Positions 32,301 to 44,954 of a stretch of 64,000 bases of DNA are shown one piece after another. The first letter of the stretch is position 1; each line of letters opens with the position of its first letter. Under the pieces are notes generated by a model. The model worked only from the letters and a program-made list of their open reading frames with translations. It was not told where the DNA came from and made no database searches. This DNA comes from Blastocladiella emersonii ATCC 22665 (lineage: Eukaryota; Fungi; Blastocladiomycota). The stretch covers positions 1,054,001-1,118,000 of the forward strand of contig JANHCV010000014.1 of the NCBI GenBank assembly GCA_025594325.1, in the 5' to 3' direction. Made by a program: the position numbers and the translations under genes.

Positions 32301-35300
32301 GGCCGCGCGCATCGTCGACACCCTCGAGCAGCGCCGCGCGGCCTCGGCCAAATCGGACGAGTGCAACCGCACCCTCGCCGCCGTCGTCGACGACATGCAG
32401 CACACCATGGCCCGCGTCGCCATGGCCCGCGCCGAGCTCGCGGCGGTCCCCGACCCGCGGACCGCGACCGTCGATACGTCCGAGGCCGCGGCGGCCGTCC
32501 GCGAGACGTTGGCCGCGGCCCGCGCGGAATTGCGTGCGGCGCAGGACCGCCTTGCCGCGGTGCATGCTGCGGTTGATGCCGACGACCTCGTCCGCGTCGA
32601 CTCGACCGCCGCCGAGGCCCGCGTCGACGCCGTCGCCGACGAGCTCGCCGCGTGCACCGCGCAGCTCGACGCCGTCGCCGGCGCGCAGGACGCCGTCAAG
32701 GCCGCGTCCGACCAGCTCGACGACGTCGAGCGCGCGCTGCGCGCCGTCGATATCGCCGCCGACGCCGTCGAGGACGGCGCCGATGCCGCCGACCGCAACG
32801 CCGCGCGGCTCGCGAAAGCCCGCGCCCTGCTCGACCCGCACTCCGAGGCCTCGGTCCCGCCCGCGCTCCACGCGCGGCTCCGCGGGCTCGCACACGTGCA
32901 CCGGTTGCTGAGCACGTACCTGGGCGTCGCGGCGGATCTCGTGGACCTCGCGCGCGTCCCGCAGCTCGTCTCGCTCGACGAGGGCGGGAACACGCGGGTG
33001 CCGACGGCCGACGACCATGCCGCGTTTTTGGGAGAGGCCGACGCCGCGGCTGCCCGGTTCGCCAAAGTCTCGGAATCCGTCGCGGCGTGGGTCGCGGAAA
33101 TCAACGCATTCACGGCGACCGACGCCGACGAGGCGCGCATCTTCGCGCCCGTCCTCATGAACGCCAAGGCCCGCGCCATGCGCGCCGCCATGGACGTCTC
33201 GGACGCCCTCGACGCGCGCGCCGCGGCCATCGGCCTCGTGCTCCGGGTTGCTGAGACGCACGAGGCCGGGCGCGGGGTGCTCGCGGGGGTCAAGGCGGCG
33301 TTTGCGAATGTGGAAGATGATGAGAACGAGGAAGACGAGGAGGACGCCGTCGCCGCGTCCGCGACCGCGTGGACCGAGCAGGCCGCCGACCTGGTCCCGC
33401 TGTTCGTGCCCTTGCAGTCGCTCGCCCTTGACCTCGACGCCGCCGTCACGTCGATGCGCGGCCGCGCCGCCGCCGCCCGCGACCGCAAGGCCGCCGCTGC
33501 CCGCGTCACCGAGATCACGACCGGCGTCCTCCCCGCCCTCCGCGCCGCCCTCGCCCAGGCCGCCGCCGCGACCCCGCGCGACATGTTCGCCGTCGAGCCC
33601 GCCACCGTCGCCCTCCTCGACAAGGTCGCGCGCGACGTCGCGGAGCAGATCGAGCCGGTCCAGGTCGAGCTCGTCGACGCCCGGTTCCACGCCGTCCGCG
33701 CGGCTGCGGCGGCGGCGCGCGCTGAGGTCGAGGCGGTTGCCCAGGAGCTCGAGTCGCTCTTGGGGGTTGCGGCCCGCGCGCAGACGTTCCTCGCGGCCGC
33801 CGCCGACGTGCACGCCCTCAAGACCCGCGTCCAGGCCGCCGCCGACGCCGTGTCCCCCGCGCCCGAGTGTTCGGTCGGACAGCGCGACCTCGACGCGATC
33901 GACCGCGACGTCGCCGCGTTCGCGGCCGCGCACGCCGCGCACACGGACGAGTCGGCCAAGCTCGCGGCTGCGCTCGATGCGGTCCGGTCCGCGCTCGCCC
34001 ACGCGCGCGACCTTTTGCGGGTGGCGGAACACACGCGCGAGGTCAAGGCGCTCCAGGCCGCGTTCGAGGCGCGCGCCGCCGAGATCGTCAACGACATGGA
34101 CGGGATGCAGGCGGCGCTCACGGCGCTGCTCGACGCGCGGCAGTCCGGTGCCTCCGCCTCGGGCGCAACGGCCGCCGAGCTCGCGGTCTTGGAGGAGCTC
34201 GGCGAGCAGCTGGCCCGCGCCAAGGCCGACGCCGACGCGCTCCCCGAGCTCGGGTCCGCGCACCCGGTGCTCGCCGCGTCGCACGTCGCGGGCGACGTCC
34301 GCGAGCGCGAAAAGTCGGTCCAGCTCTCCCTCGCGGCGCTCGCCGACCTGCACGCGACGGCCACGTCCGCGAAGCAGCAGGAGCGCCGCGTCGAGGCGTG
34401 GCACGTCAAGTGCTCGGCGCTCACGGCCACGCTGTCGTCCCTGCTCGACAAGTTCAAGCGCCAGGACGTGCACCTCGACGCCGTCGACGAGGCCGACGGC
34501 CAGGTCGCCGCGCTCCAGGACCAGCTCGATGCCGCGCTCGCCGAGTTTGCGGTGCTCAAGAAAGAGGGGCTCGGGGATGTCGCGACCCTCTCGACGCTCG
34601 CGCTCCTGCTCAACCGCAAGGCCGCCCAGGTCCACCAGGCGCTCGCCGAGTGCAAGCGCATCCGCGAGCTCGCGGTCCGCGCCGGCGAGCTCACGGAGCA
34701 GATCGAGGGGTGCGCCGCGGACGTGCCCAAGCTCGACGATCTCGCGGGGATGGAGACGGCGCTCGGCGAGGTGGCCGATTTCGAAGAGTCCCTGAAAACG
34801 CTCATCGAGGCCGAGGCCATGCACGTCATCGCCAGCGACGCGAACCAGGACCTCGTGTCGTCGCTCTTCAACGAGCTGCAGCGGTCGCTCAACGCCCTGC
34901 ACCTCGCCATCGACACGCGCCGCAAGACGCTCGAGCAGCGCGTCGCCATGCAGGAGCTGCGCACCGCCGTCGACGCGTTCCTCGACCAGATCCGCGACGC
35001 CGTCACGCTCGACGCCGCCGAGCCCATGACCCCGGACACCCACGCGGCCGCCGTCGAGCAGTTTGCCGCGCGCGTCAAGGCGGCTACCGCCGCGTTCGAC
35101 GGTCTCCGCGACCGGTACGACGCCATCACGGCGCAGGCCAACGCGGCCCTCGACAAGATCCAGAACGTCGCGCCCCTGCACGTCCTGCTCACCGAGGTGT
35201 CGACCGAGTGGACGCGCGCCCGCGACTCGCTCAAGCAGCACACCGAGGCCCTCGGCGCCCAGACGTCCCTGTCCGAGCTGTTCACCCGGCTCGCGCGCGT

Positions 35301-37638
35301 CGCCGGCTCGATCGCCCAGATCCGCACCGTCCTCGACGAGGTCCAGAGCACCACGTCCGAGGCGGGGATGGCGACCGTCCAGCAGGCCGCGCGCGACTTT
35401 GCGCCGCTGCGGGATGACCTCGCCGTGACCAACTCGGTGTTCGCCAAGCTGCGCGAGTCGAACCCGCGCGCGGTCGCGCCGCACGCGGCCGGGTTCGAGG
35501 CCGCGCACGCGCGCGTCGCGGGCGACGTCGAGGTCACGCACACGGACCTGACGGCGACGCAGACGGCGCTGTTCAAGGCGTCGCAGCTGCTGGCCACGTG
35601 CGCCGAGCTCATGCAGCAGTGCGAGGCGATCCTCGAAACGGCCGAGGAGCGCCAGGCCACGCTCGCCAACGACCTCTTCTTCTCCATGGAGCTCGTCGAC
35701 GCCGAGCTGTTCGTCAAGGCCGCGCTCACCGTGCACCAGAACGCCCACGGCGACGCGGTCCGGCTCCGCGGCGCACGCGACCGCCTGCCCCTCGACGAGG
35801 TCCGCGCGCTCACCCACGTCGCGGCCGCGTTCAAGGACCGCATCGAGAAGGCCGTCGCCGACCTCGACTCGGCCCTCGACCGGCTCAAGGCGTCCGCCGA
35901 CAAGGAGCTCGCGCAGATCGATGTCCTGAAGCGCGTCTACTCGCACATGCGCGCCACGACGCAGATCCTCGTGTGGCTCACCGCCGCCAAGGGCGCCATG
36001 GCCACGCTGTCGAACCTGACGCAGGTCGCGGCGATCGACGAGATCCGCGGGAAAATGGCCAACTTCTCGGCGACCATCGACATGTACGCCACCATGTCGC
36101 GCGACCTCGTGGCGGCGGTCGGCGGGCACGCGGTGATCCAGGAACGGACCGACCGCGTGCTCGGCGAGTGGGCCGAGCTCAACTCGCGCGTCGAGCACCT
36201 CGCGCACCAGGCGGTCCAGGAGTCGCTGGTCATGGAGTTCCACGCGCTGTGCGACGAGATGGAGGACGTGATGCACATGTACCGGCGCGAGGTCCAGAAC
36301 GTGTCGCGCGACGCCGAGCAGGTCGAGAACGAGGACGACCACGACGACATGACCCGCCAGCTCCGGAAATACGCCACGGCCGTCGCCGAGGCCCTCGACC
36401 CGCAGGTCGCCCGCCTCGAGGAGATTCTCGGCTCGGACCAGGTCACCCCCGACATGGTCGAGCAGGAGGCGCTCCAGTCGCGCCACGACTTTATCACGGC
36501 GCAGGTCGCCTCGCTCCAGGAGCTCATCGTGCAGCGGCTCGACCTGATCCAGGTGACGCAGCAGACGCGCGCGGCCTTCGAGATCTTTGCCGAGATCAAC
36601 AAGCTCATGGCCAGCACGCAGTCGCTGCTCGACGAGATCCGCGTCGACCAGGTCGCGCTCCTCGACATTGACCGGTCCGTCGCGGCGCTGCAGCAGCGGC
36701 AGTCGCACTACGCCAACAACATCGAGCGGCTGTTTGACCTCGTCGCCAAAATGAACCTGCGCGACCAGGTCGCTGCGCGCCGCGACCTCCTCGCGCAGCA
36801 GTGGAACTACGTCAGCCAGGACGTGGCACAGACGGTCCGCGACCTCGAGCTCCGCAAGAAGCTCCTCCTCGCCCGCATGGAGCGCGAGCGCGAGGACATG
36901 CAGTCGCGCGCGTCCAACATGGGCGGAGGCGGCAGCAGCGGGTCGATGCTCCCGCAGCCCGGCAACGGGTCCAAGTCGCCCCACCTCGCCGTCCGCTCGT
37001 TCCTCCCGCGACCCAACTCGCCCGGCCAGCCCCTGCGCAACGCCAACGCCGTCGCGTCCGGGCTCCCGACCCCGGGCGGCTCGTCGCGCCTGCCCACGCC
37101 CGGTCCCCCGAACGGCGGCATGGCGTCGGGGCTCCGCCCCAAGACCCCGCCCGCGTCGCGGATCCAGCGGTCGGCGCTCCGCACCCCGCCGCCGCCCATG
37201 CCCGCGATGCCGTCGCGGCTGCCCGCCGGCGGAAGCAGCGGCTCGTCGGGTCTCCCGCGGCCGGGCGCCATGGCGCTGCGGTCGACCACGCCGACGCCGA
37301 GCGCCGGGTACCTCGTGTCGTCGCGGCGGCCGACCGCCGCGCCGCGCAGCATCGCGTACCGCGCGGACCCGAGCGACGCGATTGACGTCCGGCTCGCGGA
37401 CCTCGTCAACGACCTCGGCGTGTTCGTCAAGATCAAGCGGCTCGGGCCCGGCAAGTACGCGTTCGGCGACATCGAGGGCAAGGTCATCAACTGCAAGCTC
37501 GTCAACCACAACCTCCTGGTCCGCGTCGGCGGCGGGTGGAAGGACTTTCGCGAGTATGTCCTGGAGCTCGATATGGCGGGCCTGATTGTCAAGTCCGAGA
37601 CGGTCATGGCGTCGCGGATCAATTACGCGGCCGAGTAG
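29327..37638 (+). CDS. Giant spectraplakin-like cytolinker: tandem CH actin-binding domain, long helical spectrin-like rod, S/P-rich linker, GAR (GAS2) domain (~2,729 aa)
   Basis: Exons 29327-29707, 29765-30826, 30892-37638 (8,190 nt). CH1: [50 protein letters not shown]. CH2: LLRWV..NFNAAWRSGALFLALVH..LGIPALLDPED..PDDKSVMTYVSSFY. Rod starts DFYEDCDSCHKWIAD. GAR: YRADPSDAID..LGPGKYAFG..LLVRVGGGWKDFREYV. Confidence 0.88.
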
Positions 37639-37888
37639 ATGGAGAGAGGTGTATCAACGCACAGTCACGGTCATTGTAAGTTTCTTAGAGTATCATTATA
37701 TGTAATCACGATCATCAATTTCACACAATTTTCGTGAGTGTTCCGGCACCAACGAGCAACAGTGAGACGCGTTGCGCCACTCGAGTGAGGTGGCGTGCGT
37801 GCCGCGTGTCTCGTTTGCTCGAAAATCTAATACGGAAGCGCGCCACTCGATCGGCCCGCTCTCCCTGCATACGCACGAATTGAGCACC

Positions 37889-40635
37889 ATGGAAGCCAAT
37901 GAACTACATGCAATGCGCTTTTCAGACCTTCCCGCCGAGCTGGTCGCAACCATCTTGCGGCTTGCGGTGCCTCGCCTCATTGTACCACTGGCGACCGCTG
38001 GCTTCGCGGCCGTGACGTCGGAGCCGAACACCCAGCGGATCTTGCGCTGCACTCTTGCGCTTCACCCAGAGCGTTGCTGGCCGCTGGATCAGGTCGTGGT
38101 GTCCCCTCAGCTTTGCGCCACGTTCCCGTTTGCGCCCTACCTTTTTTGCCTCAAGCGTTGCGAATCAACTGCTGCTCGCACGAGAAGTCGAGACCAATCC
38201 CGCTGGCTAACCAGCGCCGATGTCTTTGACGACGCTGCTACGCTTCATAGTCTCATCGCCTGGTCTACGCGCGGCTTGCTTGATCTTCCCGTCTGCCCGC
38301 AAACCGACGAACTGGACTCCAACAGCTACCACTGCCATTCCTTTGATTCCGCATCACCCGTCGGCTTTTTCGCGCTGCGTCAACTCGCCCTGATGTTTGC
38401 AGCCCAGGGTCGGCGCGACCAGCTCCGCGCCATTCTCGATGCTCTTGTGCCCATCCATCTGTCATGCCACCAAGCGCCGCTCTCATCTTGGATCCAGCTC
38501 CGCGTCGAATGGCGGGATGCCATTGCCAGCAAAATCAAAGCCCACGCGGAAAACGTGGACGACACTTTTGGAGATGAAGACCGTGACCATTGGCTCACGT
38601 TCACCGAATACCTTGCGCTCGTGGCGCTCATGTGGTGGCGACCCGAGATTCTTCCGTTACTCGAATCGCCCGAGTACCGGCTTGACAAGCTGCGATTCCT
38701 CCGCGTTTTCTATCAGTGTGGCCATCTCCAAATCGCCGTCGATGCGTGCGATGCCTCGCTACCTACGAAGCTTGTTGTGGACACGCTCGAGTGGTTCACT
38801 GAGCGACATGGATCTCTCGTCCACCGAGACACTTGCCCGTCTGTCGCTGCCCTGTTCATTGACGTGAGCAGCACCGATTGCACCCTGGAGATTTTGCGCC
38901 GACTGGACACCTACGGCGGGTTCCTGCAACTCGATTCGGATATTCAGGACTCGCTCGTTGCTGCGGCCTTGAGCGAGACTTCCATTGACGCCCTCTTCAG
39001 CTCGCGCGGAAACGACCAGGTCGCTAACGTTGGGCAATTCGGCCTGGCAGACGCGGACCGGCTGGCCAAAGCTCTCCTCTCTCTCATCCAATCCAAGTCG
39101 GACAGCCTTCACCGCTATGCTAGCTATGCACATCAGGCCCACGGCTGCCATGTCTTCACGAAGGGTACGCCATGTCACACTTGTCAAGTCGTCCAACGTA
39201 CTCACCGTAATTTGCTCTTGTCGATGTAGCGATCCACCTCTCAATCTGGATCGACGAACATGGGCGCCTCGAACCACTTGAAATCGAGGCAGCGGAATCT
39301 GCGGTGCTCCTCGACCCCGACAGAGTCCACGCGGATAACGACACCGATTCTGTTTGCGGCGATCTCTTGCCTACGCGGGACTCGATCGAGGAGTATCTCG
39401 CGAACCGCAACATTGATGAAGTTGTTCGCGAAGTCACTGCTATTATCGAGCAGGGTATGCGGCAGGGGCTTGACGAACACGAATACCTCGATTACGCCGC
39501 GCTGTCCGCTCTCGCCCACCTCGGTGCTCTCAACGATGTGATTGATTTCATTGACAAGTACTGCGGTGCGGCCCACGTCTTTGTGGGCTACCACCACGCG
39601 CTTTTGCAGTCCGCCGAGACCTCGCATGTCCACCATGGGCCGCACCTAGCTATTCCTTACGGCCGCTTGCTGGTCGCACTGCTGTGCGATCAGTATAAGT
39701 CCGCCGACACTCTCGCGTTCCTTGACCATGCAGCCGACAAACACAATCTATCGCGCGCTCACTGGCACTTTTATAAACTGCTGCTGCCCGATGTTCGGTG
39801 TGGGGCGGGACCCTTGCCCCGCTGGAGCTCAAGCGCGGCAGCGTACGTGTCCTCGCTGCCGCTTAAATACTTTACGCAGCAGTACCTGCGCTCGACTCCG
39901 CCCTCAATTTTTGGCGAGATTTCGGATTGCTACGATAGCAAGGAGTCTGATGAAGCGTGCGGCAGCGAGGAGAGCGAGGCGGAGGAGGACCAGGACACTG
40001 GCGACGACGAGGCCGAAATTCAGAGCTCAGCTGCCTCCTCGCTTCCCGAACCGCCTCTGCGCTCGAACTCGAAGGTCGTCGCGAGCCAACCAGCTCCTTG
40101 GCCTGCCGACCGCCCTGATCCTTTGTGGGCGCCGTGGCAGTACGCAATTTTCGCGGTACTGACCAAGGTCCCCAGCTTCACTCTCACGGCCGAAGCGATC
40201 CCAGCGCAGCTTCGCGAGTCCTTGTTTTCGCTCGAGTCGTTTTGCCGCGCTGACTTCCTCCGCCGCGGCGAGGCGGTAAGCGGCGTGTCTGGCCCAGGAA
40301 CCGAGACGGCGTGGATCATTGAGCAGATTCACCGCCATGCATCCACGGTCCTGATCAACGACTTGATGCGGGTCAGCGTGACGAGTCCCGCGTTCGTTTG
40401 GCGCATGCTTCCGCGCGGCGCACTGGACGGGCTGCGCTCGCCCAAGTGGTTGCTCGCAGCCGTGTCAATCATTTTCGATCGCCATCGCGGCAAGGGCGAG
40501 GTCCTGCGCAACAACTTGGCTGCTCTGCTCGCTGCTGCAACTGAGACAACCAAGTCGGACGAGTTTCGAGCCATGCTTGGTCCCGAGTGCGAGTTCCGGA
40601 ATGTTGATGCTGTACAGTTGTTGAGTTTCGCTTGA
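37889..40635 (+). CDS. F-box-like N-terminus hypothetical protein (~893 aa, two exons)
   Basis: RFSDLPAELVATILRLAV at the N-terminus. Intron 39165-39229 (GTACGC..TAG, 65 nt) joins ORFs 37772-39229 and 39304-40635 in frame. Confidence 0.65.
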
Positions 40636-41879
40636 GGACAGCGTCTCGAAGAATCATCATCAAGTCTTCATTTAAGTTTTATACACGGTCTTTTCTTATC
40701 GGCACAACTAGAGGATCAAGGCGAAACGAGGACGTTTGTTCAATGAGGTGCACCCGTGCCTGAGGACCAGGTTGTTGGCTTGAAGGAAGATGTTAGCCGA
40801 AGGACGTATCGTCATTGAGCTCTGAGGATCAAGTTTCTTTTGCCGCATGAAAGGCGCGATCTTGACGTCCATCGCGTCAACGACGTACATGTGCGCCTCG
40901 CCCTTAACCTTATCAACGACGCGTTGGAGCGAGACAGAATTGTGTCGCGCAGGTTGACCCGCACGACGCGGTACGCGGTGTCGAGCACGATTCGCGGCTG
41001 ACTACTTTCAGTATGATGCAGTGGGCGCGTACACGCCTGACGCTGCTGAGCCTTCTTCTTCATCGCCAGGCTAGGCTCGGTTAGCTGGCGTGATCCAGTC
41101 GTGGTCGTGGATCCTCGGAGTCGTTCTCGCCGCCTGAAACAAATGTTTCGGGCTCGCGTCGCACCGTTCTCGCCTTGCTGCGTGCATGTTGAGCTTTCTC
41201 CAGTCAATGTGTACGTCACGTCATCGCTACCCCTCAGTAATCGCTATGTAGACGCTACCCATCGCCAACAATGAAATCATTTACTTGCGAACGATGACCC
41301 AGATCCATGACCTTGTACTATCACGGCAACTAGGCGATTCACGAACTCTAGACTTTTTTTGCGCCTAAAGCGAAAGACAAAGGCGGATCGACGCGCGGAA
41401 GTTCGGGCGGCCAGATTAAAGACAGTTAAGGGAACCAGCGGAAATAGAGGACCTATATTTTGTGCCGGGTGTTTCAAAATGATTTTTGCGCGACCTTGAT
41501 GCTGCGCTGATTGTTGTTCGAAAGCGGTCGTAACGGTTGGCAGGCGGGGTCGGAGAGCGGTGGCTCAGCGGGTGGCTCAGCAGTGGGAGACAGCACCGAC
41601 CAACTGTCACTCCAGGTTGACGCACATTTGAAGACTTTCAAGTAGGTCGCCTCGTCAAATAAGCAGTGTCAGAATTTTTATTACACAGAGCTGAGGCCAA
41701 TGCGGGGAGTTGGGGACTTGGAATGAGAGCTAGACCAAGAGAGTTGGGGTCGGGGGCCAGAACTGCAGACGAAGCTTGGTTCACGTGCAGGTTGATGTCT
41801 CTGATAGGTTCCAATTGCTCAAACAGAAACTCAGCTTCGCTAAAGCTACAGCTGAGAACTCAGCCTGCTGCTGAGAACG

Positions 41880-42290
41880 TGATGCGCTCGTCGTCGTTCT
41901 CGTCGTCCTCCTGCTCGAGCTCGCGTTCATCGTCGACTGCCGCGGCGCCGTCCTCGCCGACGCGCTGCGCGTCAGTTGTGTTGCCTGATGCGTCCGAGCC
42001 CGCCGCGTTTGTGACCATGCGCAGGAACTGGTAGAGCGGGCCGTGGGCGAAGATGTACGTCGTGGAGACCCACGTCTCCTCGCCCTTGCGGATCAGGTCA
42101 AGCGCGATCTGCTGCCCATTGATCTCACGCGACGTGGTCGAGCGGTTGACGAGGCCGCGCAGAATGGAGCTGACGGAGAGCTGGAGCGTAACTTCTTGGC
42201 GCGCTCGAGGGGGGCGTACGTGCTGTAAGAGTACGGCGGCACCTTGGCGACGTAGTTGGTGATGTGGTACATGACATTTGCGGGGTTGAA
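41880..42290 (-). mobile_element. Degenerate Helitron Rep-region coding fragment
   Basis: Minus-strand peptides VMYHITNYVAK..STYAPLERAKKL and (after a frameshift) ILRGLVNRSTTSREINGQQIALDLI..WVSTTY match the YYIT.Y.TK and .E.S.QQVA.YL motifs that follow the Rep catalytic region in fungal Helitrons. Confidence 0.6.
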
Positions 42291-42844
42291 GCCAAGAAGC
42301 AGAAAACCAGATCTCAGGATTCCTTCAGAGCTCCATGTAACGCGAAGAAAATGGACACAGAGGGCTTCAAGAGAAGGATATCTGAGCAAAAAAAAAACAG
42401 TCAAAGAAGTGAATTCACGATTGTGATGAACACGGGGGTAGGGAAGAAGGCGAAAGACAGAAGTGGATCAAATCGGTCATGACTCCGCTAGATGATGCTT
42501 TCTATGGTGCCAACCTTGTTGCAGAGAGTTACAGGATAGATTGTATCAGAGTATTTAGAGAAAAGTGAGGAGAAGATAATTCGAGCGCGACCGAGACGCG
42601 TCGCGACGCGTGTTGATGGGAGTGGCAGAAAAGTCAGGCGTGCCAAATGGCCCAGCTTGAGCGCGAATTCAGCTCCACAGAAACTCAGCCTACTGCTGAG
42701 AACTACGGACGGGACGGAGCAAACTGAAGGTTGCCAACCGGATCGCTTTTTACTTCCTTCACTTAGCGCGCGCCTCCAGCGACTCAACTTCCCCGTGGTC
42801 TCCTGCAACGCGATGAGCTTTCATTGAAGGAACCAGCCGACAAT

Positions 42845-42875
42845 GTGACCGTGTGCATCGCATACCACAATCTAG
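42845..42875 (+). mobile_element. Second Helitron-type 3' terminus
   Basis: gtgtgc-atc-gcatac hairpin (42851-42866, one G-T pair) then cacaat-CTAG (42872-42875) and T; resembles the terminus at 1285-1310. Confidence 0.55.
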
Positions 42876-42924
42876 TTTTAGACCTCGAGCAAGCTTGGTT
42901 TCTCAGAACCGGACCAAGAGCGCT

Positions 42925-44170
42925 CAGATGAAGCGGGCCTACTGTGGAACGGTTGCGCAAGGTCGACGCGCGATAGGGCGGACCACGGGATGACGTTTGT
43001 TGCGACGTGGGACGCGTCAGCGCTAACTAACTTCGTGTGCATCATGATGCACGCATGGGCGGAGCGCTTCGTCTCGTTCGTCCCCACCTGGCAAAACTTG
43101 CTCATGCAGCAATACTCGCTTCACGCGAAACCTCAAGAACGGGAGGACTGTCAAGCTCGTGCTGACGCACGCCTGTTGGTGAGAAGCTGGCATCAGCGGC
43201 CGCGACGGCCTGCTCAGCCGACTTTCGCTCGCCTTCAGCTGCGCGGTGGTCGACATGCACAAATTGCATGGGAAGCATATCAATGTCGAACGTCATGATG
43301 ATTCGCAGCGCGCATCAAATAGAGCTCGCCGACAAGGTGTTCTAGCGAGTCAATAGCGCGTTCCGCCACCGGCCAGGTTGCAGCGATCATGAACAAAAGC
43401 GGTGAGCAGCACAGCCGATGGAGCCGCGCATGCTTGCGCTGGAACGAAGTCAGCTGCGCGCTCTGCTCAGAACATAGCTCGCACCCCTCATACCGCCGAG
43501 AAGGAGATATCGAGTAGCTACTCGTCGTGAGGGTTCACGCGGCTGCGTCGCTCCGCGTCGCTCAGCGCAAAGTCCCGAGGCAAGTAACCAGGACGCGACG
43601 CGACGCGACGCGACGCTAGGCCTGGCGGGCATAACGGCAGTGTAGTAATAGCGGCGGCGGCGGCGGCGGCGCAGGAAGAGCGAGTCCATCAACAGCAGGG
43701 GAAGGATAAGGATACAATAAGCAAGAATTTCGAGCTTGGGTCACCTCAGCAGACAAGGCACTGCAAGCTCAGGCAACGTGAAAGCATCCCGCGGCATGCT
43801 TCTCCGCTCACGAGCTCGCTTAAGCAGCACTCGTGCACCTTGAAGAGGAAAGTGCGAAAGCGATGCCAATGGAACTCTCAAGCCAACGGTCGAACGAAGC
43901 ACAGCACAGCACTTCGCTGCGCGGGCTCCACCCGAAGGAAGCGCCGAGGGGAGACGGGACCAGCCTGCGGTCGAGTTCATGAATTATGAGATCCATTGCA
44001 TAGAGTAATTCAGCTTCATCGATTAAGGGGAGCATATGGGAGGGGAGCAGTGCGGAAGCGAGAGCTGAAGCGAAGTGGCGCAGCGCGACACGGGGAGTGA
44101 TGTCATTGAGAAAAGTGTGACTGGAACGTGACGAAATTGCCAGTACCTCCACCACTCACTCCGTTCGGGT
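42925..44170. repeat. Copy 1 of a diverged ~1.2-kb direct duplication (decayed minus-strand gene)
   Basis: Colinear with 44955-46080 at an offset of about 1.9-2.0 kb, e.g. cgacacggggagtgatgtcattgagaaaagtgtgac and ccattgcatagagtaa are shared. Confidence 0.85.
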
Positions 44171-44954
44171 GTCAACTGTGCGGGGCTTTGCCAAAGTGCC
44201 CTCTCTCCGCGATCACACGGCACTCCGGACGCGTCGTAGACGCGCGATGCAAGGAACTGCATGATTTGTGAACTGAGAGACACGGAACTCGCTTCAGACG
44301 TAGTGCAGACTGAGATCATGCTTCTGACTCGCATTCCTCAAAGGGGCTCGAAAGAAAGAGTCGCGACGCGTCAGAACCACGCGTTGGGGCCGTCGCAACA
44401 CGCCTTCTTTGCGCTTTTGTGCGTCTTCCTGCTCTTGAGGTGGATCAAGTCGACTACGGACGTGGCGGAGATAGCTGAAGGTCGCTGAATGGATAGCTGT
44501 TCAAGTTGCGTGAGCGACTCCTTGTGCAGCGAGTTGCGATCAAGCGCGCACAAACACGAACTGACTCGAGTGATGGTGGCTTTAATCGAGCGCTAGCGCG
44601 ACTTGATTGTGGGCGCCGATTACTCTCAACATCGCCTCAATGCAGCATACGCGCACGTAGCGCGTAGTTCCAGCGCGCTCAAGGCAACCGAGGTAGGACT
44701 TGTGACAGACGCGTCAAGGCGAGCCACTCGCTCATAACAGCATGCTGGTGTTCTGAATGAGCCGAAAATAAAGCAGTCGGCGATCGTGAACTAACAGAAT
44801 GTATCATGCACAACGAATGCACGCGAAGACTCGATCTGGACTACGCGTCGATTTTCCGCTCAGAACGCGACCAACGATGATTCCGTTCGCGTCGCACGCT
44901 ATGAGCCAGCTCGAGACCTCGCGTGAGCTCGCCTCCTTGGGCACGGAACAACAG

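Noticed and set aside
31701-37509. Very long minus-strand ORFs (1,400 and 1,801 aa), and similar antisense or shifted ORFs over most genes (e.g. 8384-9997, 13833-16433, 25941-28118, 58035-59636)
   Set aside because: They shadow genes with clear domains; strong G/C third-position bias removes stops from antisense frames; the translations have no motifs.
40900-41100. Possible third unit of the ~2-kb duplication (aggttgacccgc, tatgatgca at about -2.0 kb)
   Set aside because: Only two very short matches; the similarity does not extend by eye.
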